A stretch of DNA of 64,000 nt, taken from positions 207,193-271,192 of the forward strand of contig CALRFT010000001.1 in the NCBI GenBank assembly GCA_943356745.1. Direction: 5' to 3'. Made by a program: the position numbers and the translations under genes. A model generated the notes under the pieces. It did not search any database. It had not been told where the DNA came from and worked only from the letters and a program-made list of their open reading frames with translations. Shown here in pieces: positions 60,210 to 64,000 of the stretch. The stretch comes from Parcubacteria group bacterium (GTDB lineage Bacteria > Patescibacteriota > Minisyncoccia > Phycocordibacterales > CSBR16-119). The first letter of the stretch is position 1. The number at the start of each line of letters is the position of its first letter.

Positions 60210-61925
60210 TTAAGAAGTATGGATATTTTCAATACGAAAACGAAGTTCCGGTTTGTATCCAAAAAAAGATTTTTCAATTGATGCGAACAGTTGTATTTTC
60301 ATCCCAGGAATAATAGGATCTCCAAAATCATCATGTTTTGTAAAAAAAGCTATAGCTTTTACAAGTCTTCCTGTTTCACTTCTAAATTGAAGTTCGAGAT
60401 GTTCATTTTGTTTTCCGAAAACACGAACATCGTATACGACAACATCTCGTAAGAGGAAAATAGGTTTTGGATTTCCTACTCCAAAAGGAGCAAGTCTGCT
60501 GATATCTTGATGAAGTTCATCGGTAAGTAAATCAAAAGAAAGTTCTGTATCATATTCATACACACTCGAATCTTCTTTTTCTTTTTTAATATCTCCATAT
60601 TTTTCTGTAAGTCTTTCTTCTAGAAAATGAACCTTATCGAAACTAACCGCAAATCCACCAGCCAGTTCATGTCCTCCGAAAGTCACAAACATATCAGAAA
60701 CAAGACTCATAAGTTCGACCATGTTCACACTTCCATCACTTCGACATGATCCTTTCATAACAAGATCTTCCTCACTTCCACCCCAAACAAAAACTGGTTT
60801 CTGAAATTCTTCCACAAGTCTTGATGCGACGAGTCCCAATATTCCTGGAGCCCATGTTCTGTCGCCCACCACAATAACTGGATGATTTTTTCTATGTTCC
60901 AAAACTGACTTCGCCTTTTTCATAATCTGCTTCACAAGATTTTTTCTTGTCAGATTATATTCATGAAGAAGAAGAGATTTTTCTTCAGCATACAAAGCGT
61001 CTTTCGTAGAAAGGAGTTCAAAAGCATGTTTTGGATGATCCATTCTTCCTGCAGCGTTGATTCGCGGAGTAATACCAAAGGTAACATCTTCTTCTGTGAG
61101 AAATTGTGGTTTTAATCCTGCTTTTTTCAAAAGATTCACAAGTCCTGGTCTTCTTGTTTTTTTCATCACAAGCATTCCATAATGAGCAAATACTCTATTT
61201 TCTTTCACGAGTGGAACCATATCAGAAAGCGTTGCAAGTCCCACCATATCAAGTAACCATTTTTCTTGCCCGGGACTCACATTATATTTTTCTTGAAAAC
61301 GAGAAATAAAAGCTTGTACAAACTTAAAAGCAACACCACTACCACATAGCATTTCGTCAGGATACTGACAATCTGACTGTTTTGGATTAACCACAGCAAA
61401 AGCTTCCGGAATTTCTTTTCCTGGCAAATGGTGGTCTGTAACAATTACATCAATACCCTGTTCATTGCAAAACAAAACCTCCTGGTTGTTTGTAATACCA
61501 AGATCGAGAGTAATAACAAGGCTTGGTTTTTGTCTTTCAAAGATTGGTTTCAAACTTTCAATTTGAAGACCATACCCTTCTTTGTGACGGTCTGGAATGT
61601 AGATTTCAAAATTTTCACACGAAAGCATTTTGAAAAAGTCATTCATAATAACAGCCCCTGGAATACCGTCACAATCATAGTCACAATATACGAGTATCCG
61701 CTCGCCCGAAGAAACCGCTCGCTCAACTCTTTGGACTGCCTTTTCCATATCTTTTAAAAGAAATGGATCAAAGGTATGTTCTTCGTACGATGGAGCAATG
61801 AATCGATATGCCTCTTCTCGTGTTGTGATTCCACGATTAACCAAAAGTCTTCTAACAATAGGGCTGTAAGACCCGAGTTCTTGCTCTACTGATTCAGAAA
61901 TAGGATTGAGGGGTTTGAGTGTCAT
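60210..61925 (-). CDS. recJ: single-stranded-DNA exonuclease RecJ
   Basis: DYDCDG, P.R..EGYG, TDHH, PRINAAGR, GGH..A.G, APFG.GNP.P. Confidence 0.97.
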   Translation of the reverse strand: MTLKPLNPISESVEQELGSYSPIVRRLLVNRGITTREEAYRFIAPSYEEHTFDPFLLKDMEKAVQRVERAVSSGERILVYCDYDCDGIPGAVIMNDFFKMLSCENFEIYIPDRHKEGYGLQIESLKPIFERQKPSLVITLDLGITNNQEVLFCNEQGIDVIVTDHHLPGKEIPEAFAVVNPKQSDCQYPDEMLCGSGVAFKFVQAFISRFQEKYNVSPGQEKWLLDMVGLATLSDMVPLVKENRVFAHYGMLVMKKTRRPGLVNLLKKAGLKPQFLTEEDVTFGITPRINAAGRMDHPKHAFELLSTKDALYAEEKSLLLHEYNLTRKNLVKQIMKKAKSVLEHRKNHPVIVVGDRTWAPGILGLVASRLVEEFQKPVFVWGGSEEDLVMKGSCRSDGSVNMVELMSLVSDMFVTFGGHELAGGFAVSFDKVHFLEERLTEKYGDIKKEKEDSSVYEYDTELSFDLLTDELHQDISRLAPFGVGNPKPIFLLRDVVVYDVRVFGKQNEHLELQFRSETGRLVKAIAFFTKHDDFGDPIIPGMKIQLFASIEKSFFGYKPELRFRIENIHTS

Positions 61926-62063
61926 GAATACTTATTATACTCAATCAGAATCCGAAAAGCTAAAATTCTCTCCCGGAGAAGAATTTGAGAGGAGTGTCTC
62001 ACAAAGTGAGAACACGTGGAATTTTAGCTTTTCGGATTCTTTTTTTCTGGTTACAATACAAAT

Positions 62064-62465
62064 ATGAGCGAAAAAACCATATTTAAGAAGATTATCGATA
62101 AGGAAATTCCAGCAAGTATTGTCTATGAAAGCCACAATTGCCTTGCCTTTCTTGATATCATGCCAGTTGCCTTTGGACATGTACTTGTAATTCCAAAACA
62201 AGAATATCGATGGATTCAAGATCTTCCAAACGAGCTATATACCACTCTTTTTTTGGAAACTAAAAAAATTATACAAGGAATGAAAAAGGCGCTTGCTTGT
62301 GATTATGTTCAAATATCTGTGGTCGGCGAAGAAGTACCACATGTTCACATTCATCTTATTCCTCGATATTTTGATGACATACTTCACGGATGGGAACGAA
62401 AAAAATATGAAGAAATAGAAACAATGAAAGAATTTGAAGAAAAAATAAAACAAGCACTCCAATAA
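62064..62465 (+). CDS. HIT family nucleotide hydrolase
   Basis: IF.KII..EIP, AFLDI.P...GH.LVIPK, VPHVHIHLIPR. Confidence 0.96.
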   Translation: MSEKTIFKKIIDKEIPASIVYESHNCLAFLDIMPVAFGHVLVIPKQEYRWIQDLPNELYTTLFLETKKIIQGMKKALACDYVQISVVGEEVPHVHIHLIPRYFDDILHGWERKKYEEIETMKEFEEKIKQALQ

Positions 62466-62490
62466 AAAAATCCCTTTCGGGATTTTTTTA

Positions 62491-63033
62491 TTATCTAGTA
62501 AGTAGTAGAAGCCATGTTATTTTATCAATAGTACCAGTTTGTGGTAGTGACATTTTTTGCTGGAAAGCTTTTATCGCATCTGAAGATATTTTATCGTAAA
62601 TGTAATCTGGTTTACTTTTAATAAGTCCAAGTGATTGAAGTGTCGATTCTGCAATCAAGATATTACTTTTAATTGCAATAGTTGGCGTTGCATAAAACGG
62701 ATAAGTAATATTACCAGAAAGATTTGGAACATCTCCAATATTTTTTATTCCAACTTCTTGTTGTTCAATCGTAGAACCTACAGAAGTAATAATCCCCGAG
62801 GGTACAAAACCAAGACACATACGAGCAGCAGTTTCAACTGACACACCAGTAAAGTCCCAATTACCTGACGTACCTTCATAAATTGTTCCATCATCCATAA
62901 CAACAACACAATTTGATCGTCCAACCTCTTGGCCATTTCCAGATACAAGATAAATACCAGCAAGAACAGAAGATGGAGCAACTAATATGAGAGAAGCTAT
63001 CGAGAGGGTAAATATGTACAATTTTGTTTTCAT
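62491..63033 (-). CDS. secreted protein with Cys pair and C-terminal peptidoglycan-binding-like domain
   Basis: Signal peptide; LQSLG...YD.....AIKAFQ....L..TG.ID..TW. Confidence 0.82.
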   Translation of the reverse strand: MKTKLYIFTLSIASLILVAPSSVLAGIYLVSGNGQEVGRSNCVVVMDDGTIYEGTSGNWDFTGVSVETAARMCLGFVPSGIITSVGSTIEQQEVGIKNIGDVPNLSGNITYPFYATPTIAIKSNILIAESTLQSLGLIKSKPDYIYDKISSDAIKAFQQKMSLPQTGTIDKITWLLLLTR

Positions 63034-63038
63034 ATAAT

Positions 63039-63722
63039 TTATCTTGTATTAATTTTATTCTTATCAACAATATTTACATATTGACTCATTCTATTTTGAG
63101 CAACTTTTAGTTTAATTGCTGAATATGTTGCAATGTCAACATATCCATTTACAGTTAACTTGTTCTCTGTTTGAAACTTTTTAATAGACTCAACAACTGA
63201 AGCATCAAAAGAATTTTGACCATTAGAAATCAATTTAATCTCTTTCAAATTAGATAAGATTTGAGCTGTGAAATCTGGATATTCAGAGGCAATTTGTTGA
63301 TCAAGAACTATATTACTATCAAATCGAGCAACAGGGACCATTGTATCGTCATTTGTTATCAAACCTCCAATACACATGTCTCCGTATTCAGCAAGAAGCT
63401 CAGGCGATGTATCCATTAAAGTTGCATTGAGAGTACCCATATTTCTATTAACAGTAGCTGTTGCTCCACTACAAAATGTAACTGAACATGAACCACTACC
63501 AGCTGAAACTGCAACAACCGCGTCTGCTGGAATACAGCCTGGAACCGCTGCAGGTTGATCCCATTCTGTATCTACAACACTTGCATTTGAAACAGCAGCA
63601 GTCTGATCAGCTTCAGTATTTTTAAATTCTGAAGAAGATATATTAAAAACCCCTAAAACTAATAATGAAACTAAAGCCGCACCAGCAGATGCACCTAAAA
63701 AATATTTACGATTATCATTCAT
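63039..63722 (-). CDS. membrane-anchored Cys-rich protein with C-terminal peptidoglycan-binding-like domain
   Basis: N-terminal TM, 4 Cys; FD.....IKKFQ.EN.L.VNG.VD.AT. Confidence 0.82.
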   Translation of the reverse strand: MNDNRKYFLGASAGAALVSLLVLGVFNISSSEFKNTEADQTAAVSNASVVDTEWDQPAAVPGCIPADAVVAVSAGSGSCSVTFCSGATATVNRNMGTLNATLMDTSPELLAEYGDMCIGGLITNDDTMVPVARFDSNIVLDQQIASEYPDFTAQILSNLKEIKLISNGQNSFDASVVESIKKFQTENKLTVNGYVDIATYSAIKLKVAQNRMSQYVNIVDKNKINTR

Positions 63723-63798
63723 AATACTTTCATTATAATATATAAAAACTAAATAAAAATCCCCAGATTGGGAATTTTTATTTTAAAATTTAAATTTT

Positions 63799-63999
63799 CT
63801 ACTGAAGTGCTTCAATTCCAGGAAGTTTTCCTTTTTCAAGATATTCAAGCATTGCACCACCACCAGTTGAAACAAAGCCTATTTTCTTTTCTAGTTTCAA
63901 TTTTTTAATTGTCACAACAGTATCACCTCCCCCAACAATAGACATTGCTTTTGATTTTGAAAGCGCTTTGGCAACAGCTTCTGTTGAAGCTGTGAACCC
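63799..63999 (-). CDS. pgk: phosphoglycerate kinase, C-terminal fragment (window edge)
   Basis: Manual translation: SIVGGGDT...FVSTGGGAMLEYLEKGKLPGIEALQ*. Confidence 0.95.
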   Translation of the reverse strand, partial: GFTASTEAVAKALSKSKAMSIVGGGDTVVTIKKLKLEKKIGFVSTGGGAMLEYLEKGKLPGIEALQ

Positions 64000-64000
64000 T

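Overview
Low-GC (roughly one third G+C by eye), genetic code 11 bacterial chromosome segment, most consistent with Patescibacteria/CPR (Parcubacteria-like). That placement is inferred from gene content, a 23S-5S unit without 16S, a split ComEC and fragmented ribosomal-protein operons. Core content: mgtE, ABC-F, tRNA-Gln, LOG, pyrG, ftsEX, a UvrD-nuclease fusion, an M3 peptidase, sodA, mscL, SulP, a CPA1 antiporter, htpX-lemA, secDF, rodA, 23S+5S rRNA, rplJL, the str/S10/partial spc cluster, rpmB, recJ-rnhA-comEC-cmk-MBL, HIT and partial pgk. Orphan genes are interleaved, most with their own promoter and bidirectional terminator, and some sit inside the r-protein cluster. No CRISPR array, integrase, transposase or prophage was seen. 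Features the ORF track misses or mis-calls: (i) two 20-21 aa Lys-rich micro-ORFs in stand-alone transcription units; (ii) a cryptic Zn-finger-like gene with an ATA start; (iii) several structured RNA candidates, one free-standing and others as leaders of tuf, rpsS and rpsL; (iv) a dispersed family of secreted Cys-rich proteins; (v) a beta-barrel-like protein and other secreted proteins with Bacteroidota-style signal peptides; (vi) an ECF sigma/anti-sigma deletion-fusion; (vii) widespread leaderless promoters; (viii) about six broken genes. All calls come from reading the sequence; no searches or folding programs were run.
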